This document shows positions 37,608 through 47,973 of a stretch of DNA of 64,000 bases, piece after piece. Every line of letters begins with the position of its first letter. Positions within the stretch are counted from its first letter, which is position 1. Made by a program: the position numbers and the translations under genes. This DNA is from Candidatus Daviesbacteria bacterium. GTDB taxonomy: Bacteria > Patescibacteriota > Microgenomatia > Daviesbacterales > UBA10151. The DNA is taken from positions 212,368-276,367 of the forward strand of contig CP066688.1 in assembly GCA_016432425.1 (NCBI GenBank). The letters run 5' to 3'. A model generated the notes under the pieces. That model saw only the letters and a program-made list of their open reading frames with translations, did no database searches and was not told where the DNA came from.

Positions 37608-38312
37608 ATGTCGAGTCAAAAAGGACGAGAAATACACGGTCGAGCCGCAAAGATAAGAGAAGAAGGGAAACATTTAGAGGCGCTGCAATTACAAGATGAG
37701 GCCACGCTGGCTTACCAAAAAGATAAGGACATTTTGGGCCTGGCTGAAATTTTGGCTGACCGGTCTTTGGTTTTAAGACACCTGTTTGATGAAACTGATG
37801 ATAAAAATTTTTTGATTATAGCCAAACATGAGATGATGGCCTCGGTAGAGATGGCTGAACAAAGTGGCAGTAAAGAAGCACTGGCTCTACCATATTTTAA
37901 TTTAGCTAAAATTCAGCAAGACCTAGAAGAATTAGATGCGGCAGTATCTTCTTATCAAAAAGCAGTTGACAGCCAAACTCAAAACCCCACCCCAGAGCAC
38001 AATCGGCCGGCAGTTTTGTTAGATATGCAAATTCATCTTGCTACTTGCCAGTATCAAGCTGGCGATAAGCTAGCCCTAGATAGAGCACTCCAAGCTTTAG
38101 CTCTCTTGGAAGAAGCTAATGAGGTTAAGTATAATAAAGATGTGTGGCTCTCAGGAGGGCACATGAGAATAACCCAAATATTGAAAGAAGATGATCCGGA
38201 AAAAGCAGCAGAACATTTACAAAAAGCCAAAGAAATCATTGATGCCAATCCTGATTTGAAATTGCGAAAAGGTCAGTGGGAAAAACTAGCTGCTTCTTTT
38301 AAGCAGAACTAG
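37608..38312 (+). CDS. Hypothetical helical-repeat (TPR-like) protein
   Basis: 234 aa, predicted all-alpha. Confidence 0.45.
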   Translation: MSSQKGREIHGRAAKIREEGKHLEALQLQDEATLAYQKDKDILGLAEILADRSLVLRHLFDETDDKNFLIIAKHEMMASVEMAEQSGSKEALALPYFNLAKIQQDLEELDAAVSSYQKAVDSQTQNPTPEHNRPAVLLDMQIHLATCQYQAGDKLALDRALQALALLEEANEVKYNKDVWLSGGHMRITQILKEDDPEKAAEHLQKAKEIIDANPDLKLRKGQWEKLAASFKQN

Positions 38313-38602
38313 GACTTTCCAAAAATCCACGGGGTCCGAGTTTTAAACTTATCTTTTTTCAAAATCTCATCTAATAATTTTCGCAGAGTCGTTTTTTCCA
38401 TCATCCTAGCTATTCTCACTACTGTATCAGTGCCTACTTTAACTTCTTTGGCTATTTGTCTAATTGACAACCCCTCTTCCAAGAGTTTAACCATCCGCCA
38501 GCGATTTTTTAACATTCTCACCTCCGAAGGAGTAAGTAACTCTGTTACTAAAATAGAGGGAATATCTAATTTAGCATAAGTTTTAAGCTTAGGTTTGGAC
38601 AT
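38309..38602 (-). CDS. TrpR-like YerC/YecD-family DNA-binding protein
   Basis: KNRWRMVKLLEEGLSIRQIAKEVKVGTDTVVRIAR pattern of the YerC/YecD family. Confidence 0.55.
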   Translation of the reverse strand: MSKPKLKTYAKLDIPSILVTELLTPSEVRMLKNRWRMVKLLEEGLSIRQIAKEVKVGTDTVVRIARMMEKTTLRKLLDEILKKDKFKTRTPWIFGKS

Positions 38603-38615
38603 AATTTAGTTTAAA

Positions 38616-38828
38616 TTAATAACTAAATGGTGCCTTGCTTGATGGAGTAGCAATAGGTTGCCCAGAAGAAGTAGCGCTATTACTGCTTTGGCTTCCATCA
38701 AGATTAAAACTTTTGCCAAAAATAAAATAATAGATCAAACCATAAACTACTACTCCGATCACCAGATAGATAAGAATCCACTGCCACAAGGGCCTGTTAT
38801 CATATCCACCTTTTTTGGATTTTGCCAT
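38616..38828 (-). CDS. Small membrane protein (70 aa)
   Basis: Single TM helix followed by a Ser-rich tail. Confidence 0.4.
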   Translation of the reverse strand: MAKSKKGGYDNRPLWQWILIYLVIGVVVYGLIYYFIFGKSFNLDGSQSSNSATSSGQPIATPSSKAPFSY

Positions 38829-38873
38829 ACAATTTCAGTTTGGCATTTACTTTTAAGTCTTGTCAATAAGGAA

Positions 38874-39146
38874 CTATTTAATTGCCCGCTTTAAGGTTTT
38901 CCCGGCAGAAAAACCAGGAGTTTTTTTACTGGGGATTTGAATAATTTCACCTGTTTGGGGATTTCTACCTCTCCGGGAAGACCTTGATCTAATTACAAAA
39001 GTCCCAAATCCGGAAACTACCACTTTTTCTCCCCGCCCCAAACCTTCCCTGATTAGATCAAAAGTAGAATTAACCGCATCTGCCGCGGCAGATTTAGTAA
39101 GATGGGCTTTCCGGGCCACTTTTTCTACCAAATCTTTTTTTGTCAT
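38874..39146 (-). CDS. hup: HU-family DNA-binding protein
   Basis: 90 aa. GFGTF...R.GRNPQTGE signature. Confidence 0.85.
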   Translation of the reverse strand: MTKKDLVEKVARKAHLTKSAAADAVNSTFDLIREGLGRGEKVVVSGFGTFVIRSRSSRRGRNPQTGEIIQIPSKKTPGFSAGKTLKRAIK

Positions 39147-39194
39147 AAGTCAAGGGTAATTTAACACCAGATTATCCTTTTGTAAAGACCCGAC

Positions 39195-40538
39195 CTAAGT
39201 GGTGAGTATTGACTCGCTGGCCCGAACTTCTCTAATAGCAGTAATCTTGACTGCCCCCGGGACCATTACTTCCTTGGAAATCTTCTCAGCGATATCATGA
39301 GTTAATTTTGGCAACTCGTCATCAGAAATCTTATCCGGAAAAACAATCACTCTTACTTCTCGTCCAGCCTGCACTGCAAAAGCTCTCTCTACCCCAGAGA
39401 AGGAAGTGGCAATTTTTTCAATATCTGACAATCTTTTTATGTAATCCTCAACATCTTCATGTCTGGCTCCCGGGCGCCCCCCGGAAATTGCATCAGCCAC
39501 ATACACCAATACTGACTCTATGGAAGAAAACGGCTTATCTTCATGGTGTTCCGCAATACAATTGACTACTTTTTCCGGGAATTTAAATTTGCGGGCCAGT
39601 TGTGCTCCCCGGTCTACGTGGGTTCCTTCCTCCCAGTCGGTTAAAATTTTTCCTACATCGTGCAGCAAACATCCTAACCGCACCACATTCACATCCGCTC
39701 CCAGCATTTGAGCCAAGGCAATACCGATTTGAGTCTCTTCCAGAGTATGCTGAATCATATTTTGGCCATAAGAATAGCGGTATTTAAATCTGCCTAGTAG
39801 AGCTATCACTTCAGCCGGCATATTATAAACTCCCACATCATGACAAAGTTTTTCCCCTGCTTGCATCATTAATTTCTCCACCTCTTTTTTAGTTTGCTCA
39901 ACTATTTCTTCAATCCGCTGGGGCTGAATTCTACCATCCGCCATTAATTTTTCCAAAGCCACCCGGGCAATTTCTCTCCGTACCGGATCAAAACTGGATA
40001 AAATTAAAGTATCTGGCAATTCATCATCCATCACCACATCTACTCCCGTAGCTTGTTCAAACGATCGAATATTGCGGCCTTCTTTTCCAATAATTCGTCC
40101 CTTCATTTCTTCATCGGCTAATTTAATTCGGGTGGTAGTAAACTCACTAATATAGTTGGTCACTCCGTGCAACATGGCATCCGCTAAAATTTCCCGCGCC
40201 TTCTCATCTGCCTGGAGTTTGATCTCGTCTTCCGCCTCTTTAACTTTTTTAGAAATTTCACTACTTAAATCTTTTTCTATATTCTCTAAAAGAATTTTTT
40301 TAGCATCTTCGGCAGAAAATTTGGAAACTTTTTCTAATTTCTCAACTAATTCAAGTCTAACTTTTTCTAGATTGTCCAGCTTCTCATCAAACAATCTTTG
40401 TTTTTCCGCAAGCTGCCGCTCTCTTTCTTCTAAAATTCCTTCCCTTTTAGCCAGTTCTGCCCCGAGAGGTAAAGAGTCCCCACTCGAAGAGAGGTTTGTT
40501 TGTGCACCAAAATTTTTCGGGCCAAATGTTTTTTGCAT
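39195..40538 (-). CDS. rny: Ribonuclease Y
   Basis: KH domain (IGKEGRNIRSFEQATGVDV) plus HD domain (HDVGK). Coiled-coil N-terminal region. Confidence 0.85.
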   Translation of the reverse strand: MQKTFGPKNFGAQTNLSSSGDSLPLGAELAKREGILEERERQLAEKQRLFDEKLDNLEKVRLELVEKLEKVSKFSAEDAKKILLENIEKDLSSEISKKVKEAEDEIKLQADEKAREILADAMLHGVTNYISEFTTTRIKLADEEMKGRIIGKEGRNIRSFEQATGVDVVMDDELPDTLILSSFDPVRREIARVALEKLMADGRIQPQRIEEIVEQTKKEVEKLMMQAGEKLCHDVGVYNMPAEVIALLGRFKYRYSYGQNMIQHTLEETQIGIALAQMLGADVNVVRLGCLLHDVGKILTDWEEGTHVDRGAQLARKFKFPEKVVNCIAEHHEDKPFSSIESVLVYVADAISGGRPGARHEDVEDYIKRLSDIEKIATSFSGVERAFAVQAGREVRVIVFPDKISDDELPKLTHDIAEKISKEVMVPGAVKITAIREVRASESILTT

Positions 40539-40558
40539 ATTTTATTTTGGAAACTACT

Positions 40559-40582
40559 GAAAAAACTGCAATTAAATGCAGC
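40559..40582 (-). terminator. Intrinsic terminator downstream of recX (CTGCAtttaaTTGCAG plus T-run on the minus strand)
   Basis: Read directly. A short stem, so moderate confidence. Confidence 0.4.
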
Positions 40583-40661
40583 TTTGAGGCAAATTATTTA
40601 GATGAAAATTAATCCCTTCCATAAGAACCTCAAATATATCCTCTAGTTTCCTAAATCTATT

Positions 40662-41324
40662 TTACCTCTTTTGCAACACATTTTCAACGACTTCTTTAAT
40701 TACACTAAATTCAAATCCTCTTCTTGTTAAAAATTCATATGCTTTTTTTTTAAATTCCAAAGTGGGTAAATTTTTCCAAATTTTCATTCTTTTTTCCAAG
40801 GCCTGTTTTGCTAATTCTGCCTCACTTATCACATATCCTGTATCATTTATCACTTCTTCTATAATTTCTTTATTTATGCCTTTTTGGAAAAGTTCCTGTT
40901 TTAAAACTCTGACTCCTTTTTGTTTACTTTTTCGCCTCGCGCTCACCCAAGCTTTAGCAAATTCCTCATCGTTTATAAATTTTAATTGTTTCAATCTTGC
41001 GACGATCGTATCAACAATGAATGAGCTAATTTCTTCCTGCTCTTTCAATCTTCTTTTAAAAGATAAGTTTTTTAAATAATCTCTGACTTCTTTTTCTGAT
41101 CTCTGTCTAATGGAAAACAGCCTGTACATTCTTTCCATCAACTTACCAACCTCTGTTTCCTTAATTAAATGCTCTACATCTGATGTGCTGAGTTCTTTTC
41201 CCACCACAAGTCGACGGTTAACCATCAAATTTTCATCTGCTCCAAAAACAAACTGCCCATCAAGATAAATATTAAAACGGTGAGGGTTTTTCTTTTGGGG
41301 GGTAACTTCTGTAATTTTAGGCAT
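40662..41324 (-). CDS. recX: RecX-family regulatory protein
   Basis: 220 aa. Three helical repeats typical of RecX. Located downstream of recA on the same strand. Confidence 0.7.
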   Translation of the reverse strand: MPKITEVTPQKKNPHRFNIYLDGQFVFGADENLMVNRRLVVGKELSTSDVEHLIKETEVGKLMERMYRLFSIRQRSEKEVRDYLKNLSFKRRLKEQEEISSFIVDTIVARLKQLKFINDEEFAKAWVSARRKSKQKGVRVLKQELFQKGINKEIIEEVINDTGYVISEAELAKQALEKRMKIWKNLPTLEFKKKAYEFLTRRGFEFSVIKEVVENVLQKR

Positions 41325-42830
41325 TTAATAAGGTTCCCGCAGTTGGACAGTAAGAGTACCAAAATGTTTTTCTTCTACTACTTTGGTAAAATAATTTTCT
41401 TCTTTAAAAAAATCTTCAATTTGACTTTCACCAATTCCCACGGTTGGCTCAATAATAGTAAAGCGAATTTTAGGTAAATTGGAACGGTTGGTTTCAATTT
41501 TTAAATTTCCCGGGAAACCCGCTGCTGCTCCTGCCCAAACCGGTAAATAATTATACTTATTTTCCCCGTACCACTCAAATAAATAACTCCAGGTAGTGTT
41601 GACATTAAGAGGTATAGTTAACCCATTGACCGCAAAATTTTCTCCTTTAGATTTTTCATAGGTATAATCCAGCACCTTAATTTGATCAGTAAGCAACATC
41701 CCTGGTTGAATAATAAAATCTTTGTTGGGACCAAATTTATTTAAATTAATAATTTGATATAAATTACTACCGATAATTAAAAATGAAATCATCAGCGTTA
41801 ACGCTAAATTTTTGTCAGATATTTTCCATATCAAAAAAGAGGTAAAAATTAACAAACTAACCGGAGCCCCTACACTGTAATAATAACTGGGAGTTCCTGC
41901 CAAAAGGTAGGGAATTAATCCACCTGCAAACCATAGCATCAGAAAAATAATTTTTTCTTTGTACTGCTTTTGGACAAAAAAATAAATTAGGGCTCCCAAA
42001 AATAGTAATGCTATCAAAGGAGTAATTTTATAATCTGCCAAGATATTATCATGAAAAAACCTATTAATGGTAAACAAAACCCACTCCGGATAAATCTTGG
42101 AAGAATGTTGCCCTATGCTAAGTATTGTGGAGGTAAACCTAAAGCCAAATTTAATTTCAGCTATTATGTAAGTAGAGATTGCCAGTAAAAAAATTACTCC
42201 AGCCAAAAAAATATTTTTAAACTTTAATTGATGGGGACGATGAAAAATAACTATCAATAATAAAATTGGTAATAGTAAAATAAAAACATAATGAAACTGA
42301 ATTGCCAATCCCAAGCCCCCCAAAGCAATTATCAAACCTCGTTGGTCTTTTTCAAAAATTAATTTAGACAATCCCCAATAAAAAACTAAGACCGGGAGAA
42401 TCGCCAGGGGTTGATGACTTAAAAATAAAGAATACTGAGATTGCTCGTAAGAGATGCCGTAAAATAAGGCTGCCAATAACCCTATCTTTTTCTCAAAAAT
42501 AATTTTGCCAATTAAAAAAACTAATACCACTCCTAAAGCCTGATAAATTTTATAGAAAATAGCAGTGGCTAGGGGACTGGGACCAAATAAAAAAAAGACA
42601 GCGGCATGCACATAGTAAACTAGAGGGCCGGGAAAAAGTTTATCGCTGGCAGCCGAAGGGGGGCCTAAAACTTTAAGATGTCCCTGGAGAATTTCTTGGG
42701 CCACAGTTAAATCTCTGGCTTGGTCAAAACCAATATAAATATTGTCCGGAAAATAAAGCCATCGTAAAATTAGGGCTAATAAAAAAATAGGGGTTAATAA
42801 TCTTAAGGATAGCTTAAACATCTCCCTCAA
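41325..42830 (-). CDS. Polytopic membrane protein, GT-C glycosyltransferase-like (ArnT/PMT-type) with C-terminal soluble domain
   Basis: 501 aa, ~12 TM helices. Inserted between recA and recX. Confidence 0.45.
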   Translation of the reverse strand: MREMFKLSLRLLTPIFLLALILRWLYFPDNIYIGFDQARDLTVAQEILQGHLKVLGPPSAASDKLFPGPLVYYVHAAVFFLFGPSPLATAIFYKIYQALGVVLVFLIGKIIFEKKIGLLAALFYGISYEQSQYSLFLSHQPLAILPVLVFYWGLSKLIFEKDQRGLIIALGGLGLAIQFHYVFILLLPILLLIVIFHRPHQLKFKNIFLAGVIFLLAISTYIIAEIKFGFRFTSTILSIGQHSSKIYPEWVLFTINRFFHDNILADYKITPLIALLFLGALIYFFVQKQYKEKIIFLMLWFAGGLIPYLLAGTPSYYYSVGAPVSLLIFTSFLIWKISDKNLALTLMISFLIIGSNLYQIINLNKFGPNKDFIIQPGMLLTDQIKVLDYTYEKSKGENFAVNGLTIPLNVNTTWSYLFEWYGENKYNYLPVWAGAAAGFPGNLKIETNRSNLPKIRFTIIEPTVGIGESQIEDFFKEENYFTKVVEEKHFGTLTVQLREPY

Positions 42831-42855
42831 GTTTATCCTAAAATTTAAGGACTTA

Positions 42856-43926
42856 CTACTCTTCTGCCGTCTCTTCTTCGCCTACTACTAGCGGTTCTTT
42901 GCCTGCTTTTCTTTTCCCCCAACTATCTCTAATTTCTTTTTCTAAAACAGAAGTTTCTTTTTTATTCTCTTTCAAATAACTAATTGAAGCGGGCCGCCCT
43001 TGCCCCAACATTTTTTCACCCCATTTAATAAAAGCTCCTGATTTAGTTAAAATTCCCAGTTCAACCCCCACATCTAATAGCTCCCCCTCAAAAGATACAC
43101 CATTTTCATCCATATCAAATTCAGCAATTCGGAATGGGGGAGCCACTTTATTTTTAACTATCTTCACCCGGTGACGAGACCCTACCACTTCATCCCCAGC
43201 TTTTATATTTTCGATTTTCCTAATATCAAGTCTCACTGATGAATAAAACTTTAAAGCCATTCCACCAGTAGTTACTTCGGGGTTACCAAACATCACCCCA
43301 ATTTTTTGTCGCAGCTGATTAGTAAAAATACAAATAGTTTTGGTATTAGAAATTGCCCCGGTTAATTTTCTAAGAGCCTGGGACATCAATCGAGCTTGTA
43401 CTCCCATCATAGAATCACCCATTTCTCCTTCAATTTCTGCCCGCGGTACCAAAGCTGCCACCGAATCAATGACTAAAACATCTATTCCGCCAGAGCGGAT
43501 TAAACTTTCAGCTATCTCCAACGCTTGTTCACCGGTATCCGGTTGAGAGATTAATAAATCATCTAGATTAACGCCAATTTTTTGGGCTCTCTGGGGATCA
43601 AGGGCATGCTCTGCATCAATAAAAGCAGCCACTCCGCCTTTTTTCTGAGCCTGGGCAATAACATGCAGCGCCAAAGTGGTTTTACCGGAAGCTTCCGGGC
43701 CATAAATTTCAATAATCCGACCCTTGGGAAGTCCACCCACCCCCAAGGCCAAATCCAAAGCTAGGGAACCGGTAGGAATAACCTCTGTGGTCATTTTTTC
43801 AGCCCGCTCACCCAAGCGCATGATGGCTCCGGTACCATATTGTTTTTGGATGGCGGCCATGGCTGCAGAAATGGCTAATTTTTTTGCCTCAGAAGAGTCA
43901 TTGGAAACCTGACCGTTAGTTGCCAT
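42856..43926 (-). CDS. recA: Recombinase RecA
   Basis: 356 aa. GPEASGKTT Walker A and the L1/L2 loop regions. Confidence 0.95.
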   Translation of the reverse strand: MATNGQVSNDSSEAKKLAISAAMAAIQKQYGTGAIMRLGERAEKMTTEVIPTGSLALDLALGVGGLPKGRIIEIYGPEASGKTTLALHVIAQAQKKGGVAAFIDAEHALDPQRAQKIGVNLDDLLISQPDTGEQALEIAESLIRSGGIDVLVIDSVAALVPRAEIEGEMGDSMMGVQARLMSQALRKLTGAISNTKTICIFTNQLRQKIGVMFGNPEVTTGGMALKFYSSVRLDIRKIENIKAGDEVVGSRHRVKIVKNKVAPPFRIAEFDMDENGVSFEGELLDVGVELGILTKSGAFIKWGEKMLGQGRPASISYLKENKKETSVLEKEIRDSWGKRKAGKEPLVVGEEETAEE

Positions 43927-43999
43927 ATTATGCTAATTTAGCAGTTTTTAAACTTTTTTTCAAGATGCCAATTTTATATTGTATTTGTGTATGGATACA

Positions 44000-44527
44000 T
44001 TATAATTTATGCGATGGAGTAGAGTATAGTTTTATTACTTTTACTATCTCTTGCTGAATTCCCTGGATGCATTTATAACCTCTTACTTCCCTACTGTTAA
44101 CCCAGGCAAAACCATCAAACTCCGGAGTAATTTTAACTTTCCCCTTTTTTAATTTGACGGCAAATTTGAAACAAACTGTCGGCACTCCATCAGGCCGAAG
44201 GTATACGACACTATCAATATATCTGGGGTCCACCACTTCTAAACCACTCTCTTCCTTGGCTTCCCTCATAATTAATTTTTCCACCAACCCTTCCCAATCC
44301 AAAACATCAAAGTTTTTTCTGGTGATCGGATTTTCTTGTAGATCTTTCCATTCCAACTTTCCCCCAGTTACTCCCCACAGCCCCGGATGGGTGACTTCTT
44401 TTTTAGATCGCTGCAATATTAAACATTTTTTTAATTTAGGATGATAAATTACCCCAGTCACTACAAAATAAAACAATTTTTCTGTTTTGGCTTTCGCCAA
44501 GGATATATTTAAGGTAGTTGTTTTCAT
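44000..44527 (-). CDS. NUDIX hydrolase
   Basis: Nudix box ...REAKEESGLEV. Confidence 0.6.
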   Translation of the reverse strand: MKTTTLNISLAKAKTEKLFYFVVTGVIYHPKLKKCLILQRSKKEVTHPGLWGVTGGKLEWKDLQENPITRKNFDVLDWEGLVEKLIMREAKEESGLEVVDPRYIDSVVYLRPDGVPTVCFKFAVKLKKGKVKITPEFDGFAWVNSREVRGYKCIQGIQQEIVKVIKLYSTPSHKL

Positions 44528-44812
44528 TTTCTCGCTCCGCTCGAAAAATAGAAAAGCTTTTGCGATTTCGCTCTATCGAGCGATATGTTCAATTGTGGTT
44601 TTTTTGATTTTCTCATTTCATTCGAAAATTAGAACAATTTATTTTCCTTTGCCTTCTCTAGAGAAATTTTCATAGTATTGGAATTATATCTCCCCCGAAT
44701 GGTAAAATACCATATATTGTCTTCCCCAAAATTGCTTCGCAATTTTGAGAGGAGAAGCTGGTGTAGGCTGAAGCAAATTTTATTTGCGTAAGCGGAAACC
44801 GTGCTTCGACGA

Positions 44813-44887
44813 CGGGGTGTAGTTCATCGGTAGAACGCTCGGATGGGGTCCGAGAAGCATGGGGTTCAATTCCCCACACCCCGACCA
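44813..44887 (+). tRNA. tRNA-Pro (anticodon GGG), CCA encoded
   Basis: Hand-folded. Acceptor CGGGGTG/CACCCCG. D-stem GTTC/GAAC. Anticodon stem CTCGG/CCGAG with loop auGGGgu. T-arm TGGGG-TTCAATT-CCCCA. Terminal CCA present. Confidence 0.85.
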
Positions 44888-44888
44888 A

Positions 44889-45080
44889 TTAACTTTTTTT
44901 CCTGGCTTTTTTGACTAACAGATTTAATCTTTTGTCTCTAAGCTTACGGGGCATTTCTCTTTCAGTATTTAAAATCGGCAGATGGATAATCGGAGCACCT
45001 TCTTTAGCCTCCAATCTCTTCCGACGATTCCTTTTGGAAACATTTCCCTCGTCTAAATCATACATATTTTCTTTGCCCAC
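44889..45080 (-). CDS. Hypothetical small basic protein (GTG start). Doubtful.
   Basis: ORF only, Lys/Arg-rich. No ribosomal-protein family recognised. Lies between rpsI and tRNA-Pro. Confidence 0.2.
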   Translation of the reverse strand: MGKENMYDLDEGNVSKRNRRKRLEAKEGAPIIHLPILNTEREMPRKLRDKRLNLLVKKARKKS

Positions 45081-45121
45081 TTTAACTTAAGTGTAATCTA
45101 AGAATCAGAAAAAATTCAATT

Positions 45122-45538
45122 TTACCTCTTGGGGGATTGTTTTTTAGCTCTAGCTTTTTGAGCCAGCCCATATTTGCGGCGCTCTTTCACTCTGGGGTCT
45201 CTGGTTAAAAGTCCGGCTTGTTTTAAGGGAGTTCTAAATTTAGGATCGGCCAGCAGTAAGGCTCGGGATAAACCATGAACTGCCGCTTCCAATTGAGCCA
45301 TCTTCCCGCCTCCCATAATTTTGATAGTAGCATCAAATTGTTTGGGGGTATTAGTTACTATAAATGGCTGATTATATTTTGCCTGTGTCCCGACCAGAGA
45401 AAAATATTCATTAATATTTTTGCCATTGACGCTTAAGTTCCCTTGGCCTTTCAAAAGTCTCACTCTAGCAACCGCTTCTTTGCGTCTTCCCACCGCGGAC
45501 CAAAAATTATTATTTTTTTTATTCTTTACCTCTGCCAT
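45122..45538 (-). CDS. rpsI: 30S ribosomal protein S9
   Basis: GRRKEAVARV...GGG...RDPR..ERKK pattern. Start at MAEVKN; the longest ORF reaches 45583. Confidence 0.9.
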   Translation of the reverse strand: MAEVKNKKNNNFWSAVGRRKEAVARVRLLKGQGNLSVNGKNINEYFSLVGTQAKYNQPFIVTNTPKQFDATIKIMGGGKMAQLEAAVHGLSRALLLADPKFRTPLKQAGLLTRDPRVKERRKYGLAQKARAKKQSPKR

Positions 45539-45539
45539 A

Positions 45540-45956
45540 TTATTTTGATATTTGATTTGCAAAAGGATGATTTTCCCCGGCAAATACTTTGAGTCTAGTA
45601 ATCATTTTTCTCCCTAATTTATTTTTGGGTACCATCCCCCACACTGCATGTCTAATTACCTCGCCAGGGCGGCGATTAATTAAATGCTCAAAATTTTCTA
45701 CTTTCAACCCACCCGGGTAACCGCTATGTCTAAAATAATTTTTTTGCTTTGTTTTTTTACCGGTCACTACCACCTTACTGGCATTTGTTACCACTACATA
45801 ATCTCCACTATCTAAGTAAGGAACAAAATTCACTTTACCCTTACCAGTTAATTTGCGGGCAATATCCACTGCCAACTTCCCCAAAACCTGATCTTTGGCA
45901 TCTACTAAATGCCAATTTCTTTTTATTTCTTTAGCCGATAACTGATTGGTAGGCAT
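45540..45956 (-). CDS. rplM: 50S ribosomal protein L13
   Basis: RNWHLVDAKDQVLGKLA N-terminus. Start at MPTNQL; the longest ORF reaches 46070. Confidence 0.9.
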   Translation of the reverse strand: MPTNQLSAKEIKRNWHLVDAKDQVLGKLAVDIARKLTGKGKVNFVPYLDSGDYVVVTNASKVVVTGKKTKQKNYFRHSGYPGGLKVENFEHLINRRPGEVIRHAVWGMVPKNKLGRKMITRLKVFAGENHPFANQISK

Positions 45957-45957
45957 T

Positions 45958-46458
45958 TTATTTTCTCCTTGCTCGCTTTGGTCGCTTGACATCTCCATGC
46001 TCGACCTTGCTACTGGCTTTGCTCGTTTGTAGCTTAAGCGTGGGAGACGTCTTCGCTCTCTCTTGCACAATACCCCTCGCTTTCTTAGTTGAAACTGATT
46101 TTAATTCTGGTTCTAGAAGTAATTGCATCTGCACTAGTGGAGCTCCATCGCCCACTCTTCTGCCTAATTTTACTATACTGGTATAACCGGAAGTTCTATT
46201 TTGTAACCGAGGAACAAAATCTTTAAAAAGTTTTTCCTCCACTTTTTTATTGGCTAAAAATTGGCTAACTAACTTCTCCGTATTTTTGGATTTAGCCTGA
46301 TTAATAATTTGGTCTATCAAACCTTTAACTGCCTTGGCTTTGGCCTGCGTGGTGTGAATTTTTTCGGATAAAATCAAAGACCGCACTAAATTTTTAAATA
46401 GTGCAGTTCTCTCATCGGTATTGCGTCCCAAGTGTCTACCATAAACCCTATGCTTCAC
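45958..46458 (-). CDS. rplQ: 50S ribosomal protein L17 (with ~45-aa basic C-terminal extension)
   Basis: MKHRVYGRHLGRNTDERTALF N-terminus of the L17 family. Confidence 0.9.
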   Translation of the reverse strand: MKHRVYGRHLGRNTDERTALFKNLVRSLILSEKIHTTQAKAKAVKGLIDQIINQAKSKNTEKLVSQFLANKKVEEKLFKDFVPRLQNRTSGYTSIVKLGRRVGDGAPLVQMQLLLEPELKSVSTKKARGIVQERAKTSPTLKLQTSKASSKVEHGDVKRPKRARRK

Positions 46459-47353
46459 TTAAAGCCAGCCCCCTTTCCGCTAACTTCTCGGAAATCAAAC
46501 TGAGAGATTTACTGCCTAAATTTTTAGCTTTCATTAACTCTGCCCGCTGTACATTAATTAAATCCTCAACAGTATTTAGATCAATGGCCTTCAGCGCATT
46601 GGAAATACGCACCGGCAGATCTAACTCGTCAATAGTCATTTTCAAAACTTCTTCTGAAAGCTTAGAGCTGACCACCGGCTCTGGTTCTTCTTCTGCCGGT
46701 TCAAACACTTGTTTAAATTGAGCAGCCAAAATTCTAGCTCCTTCCTCCAAAGCTACCTGAGGATCCATAATACCATCAGTGGTCACCTCTAAAATTAATC
46801 TGTCAAAATCAGAGCGGCGTCCCACCCGAGTAGGTTCGACATTATAATTAACAGCAAACACCGGAGAAAAAATGGCATCAATAGGGATTATGCCAATTTC
46901 ATTGTATTTACGCTCTTCCGCTTTAGAATAACCCAAACCTTTTTCGGCAGTCATTTCTATATTGAGTTTACCTTTATCAGTGGTAATGGTGGCAATGGGA
47001 GCATCTTTAGTCACTATCTCTCCATCACCCAAAACCTCAATATCTTTAGCGGTAACAGTTTTCTTGCCAGTTACTGATAATTTTAATTTAATGGGACTGG
47101 CAGAAAAAACTTTCACCCTGACCCGCTTTAGATTCAGGATAATTTCAATAACATCCTCTGAAACTCCTTCAATAGTAGAAAATTGATGGGACACACCGTC
47201 TATTTTAACGCTGGTGATAGCACTGCCTGGCAAAGCACTCAGGAGTGTTCTTCTTAAACTATTGCCAACAGTGTGGCCAAAACCCGCCTCTAGGGGTTCT
47301 AAAATAAATTTAGCAAAATTCGCTTTATTTGTATCAACTTTTATTCTAAACAT
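46448..47353 (-). CDS. rpoA: DNA-directed RNA polymerase subunit alpha
   Basis: 301 aa. N-terminal dimerisation domain and alpha-CTD. Confidence 0.9.
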   Translation of the reverse strand: MFRIKVDTNKANFAKFILEPLEAGFGHTVGNSLRRTLLSALPGSAITSVKIDGVSHQFSTIEGVSEDVIEIILNLKRVRVKVFSASPIKLKLSVTGKKTVTAKDIEVLGDGEIVTKDAPIATITTDKGKLNIEMTAEKGLGYSKAEERKYNEIGIIPIDAIFSPVFAVNYNVEPTRVGRRSDFDRLILEVTTDGIMDPQVALEEGARILAAQFKQVFEPAEEEPEPVVSSKLSEEVLKMTIDELDLPVRISNALKAIDLNTVEDLINVQRAELMKAKNLGSKSLSLISEKLAERGLALSEA

Positions 47354-47373
47354 ATATTTATTATTTATTAATT

Positions 47374-47973
47374 TTAACGGCTGTAATACTCTACAATCAA
47401 TGGCTCACTAATTGATTGTTCCATCTCCTCCCTTTGTGGCATTCTTAAAACCTTGCCCACGGTAGCTTTTCGCTCCAGCCACTCTGGCAAGGTTTTAGAT
47501 TCCTCTAAGGCTTTTTTAACCTGTATATTATCCACTATTTTGGGCGATAATGCAATAGTTTGCCCTGCTTTAACCAAATACGAAGGAATAGTCATCTTCT
47601 TTCCATCAACACTGATATGTCCATGGGTAATGTATTGGCGAGCTTGGTTACGGCTGGCAGCAAAACCTAATTTGTAAACCACATTATCCAACCTACTTTC
47701 CAAAAACTCTAATAACCGCTCTCCTGTACTACCTTTTTCTCGACTGGCCATTTTATAATATTTAGAAAATTGTTTTTCTAAAATTCCAAAAAGCCTCTTG
47801 GCTTTTTGTTTTTCCCGCAGTTGTATCCCATATTCAGATACCCTCCTTCGGCGGGAAGGCTTACCAGTCATCGTGGCAGAGGCTTTTCTTTCCATATATT
47901 TAACATCTTTAGGGAAAAGCGGGATTCCTTCTCGACGGGATAATTTTCTTTTGGGACCGGTAAACCTGGCCAT
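47374..47973 (-). CDS. rpsD: 30S ribosomal protein S4
   Basis: [17 protein letters not shown]-terminus. S4 domain. Confidence 0.9.
   Translation of the reverse strand: MARFTGPKRKLSRREGIPLFPKDVKYMERKASATMTGKPSRRRRVSEYGIQLREKQKAKRLFGILEKQFSKYYKMASREKGSTGERLLEFLESRLDNVVYKLGFAASRNQARQYITHGHISVDGKKMTIPSYLVKAGQTIALSPKIVDNIQVKKALEESKTLPEWLERKATVGKVLRMPQREEMEQSISEPLIVEYYSR

Noticed and set aside
44889-45080. Small basic ORF after rpsI as a ribosomal protein
   Set aside because: It does not match L31-L36, S20/S21 or bS18 signatures. It uses a GTG start and lacks an SD. It is kept only as a low-confidence hypothetical.
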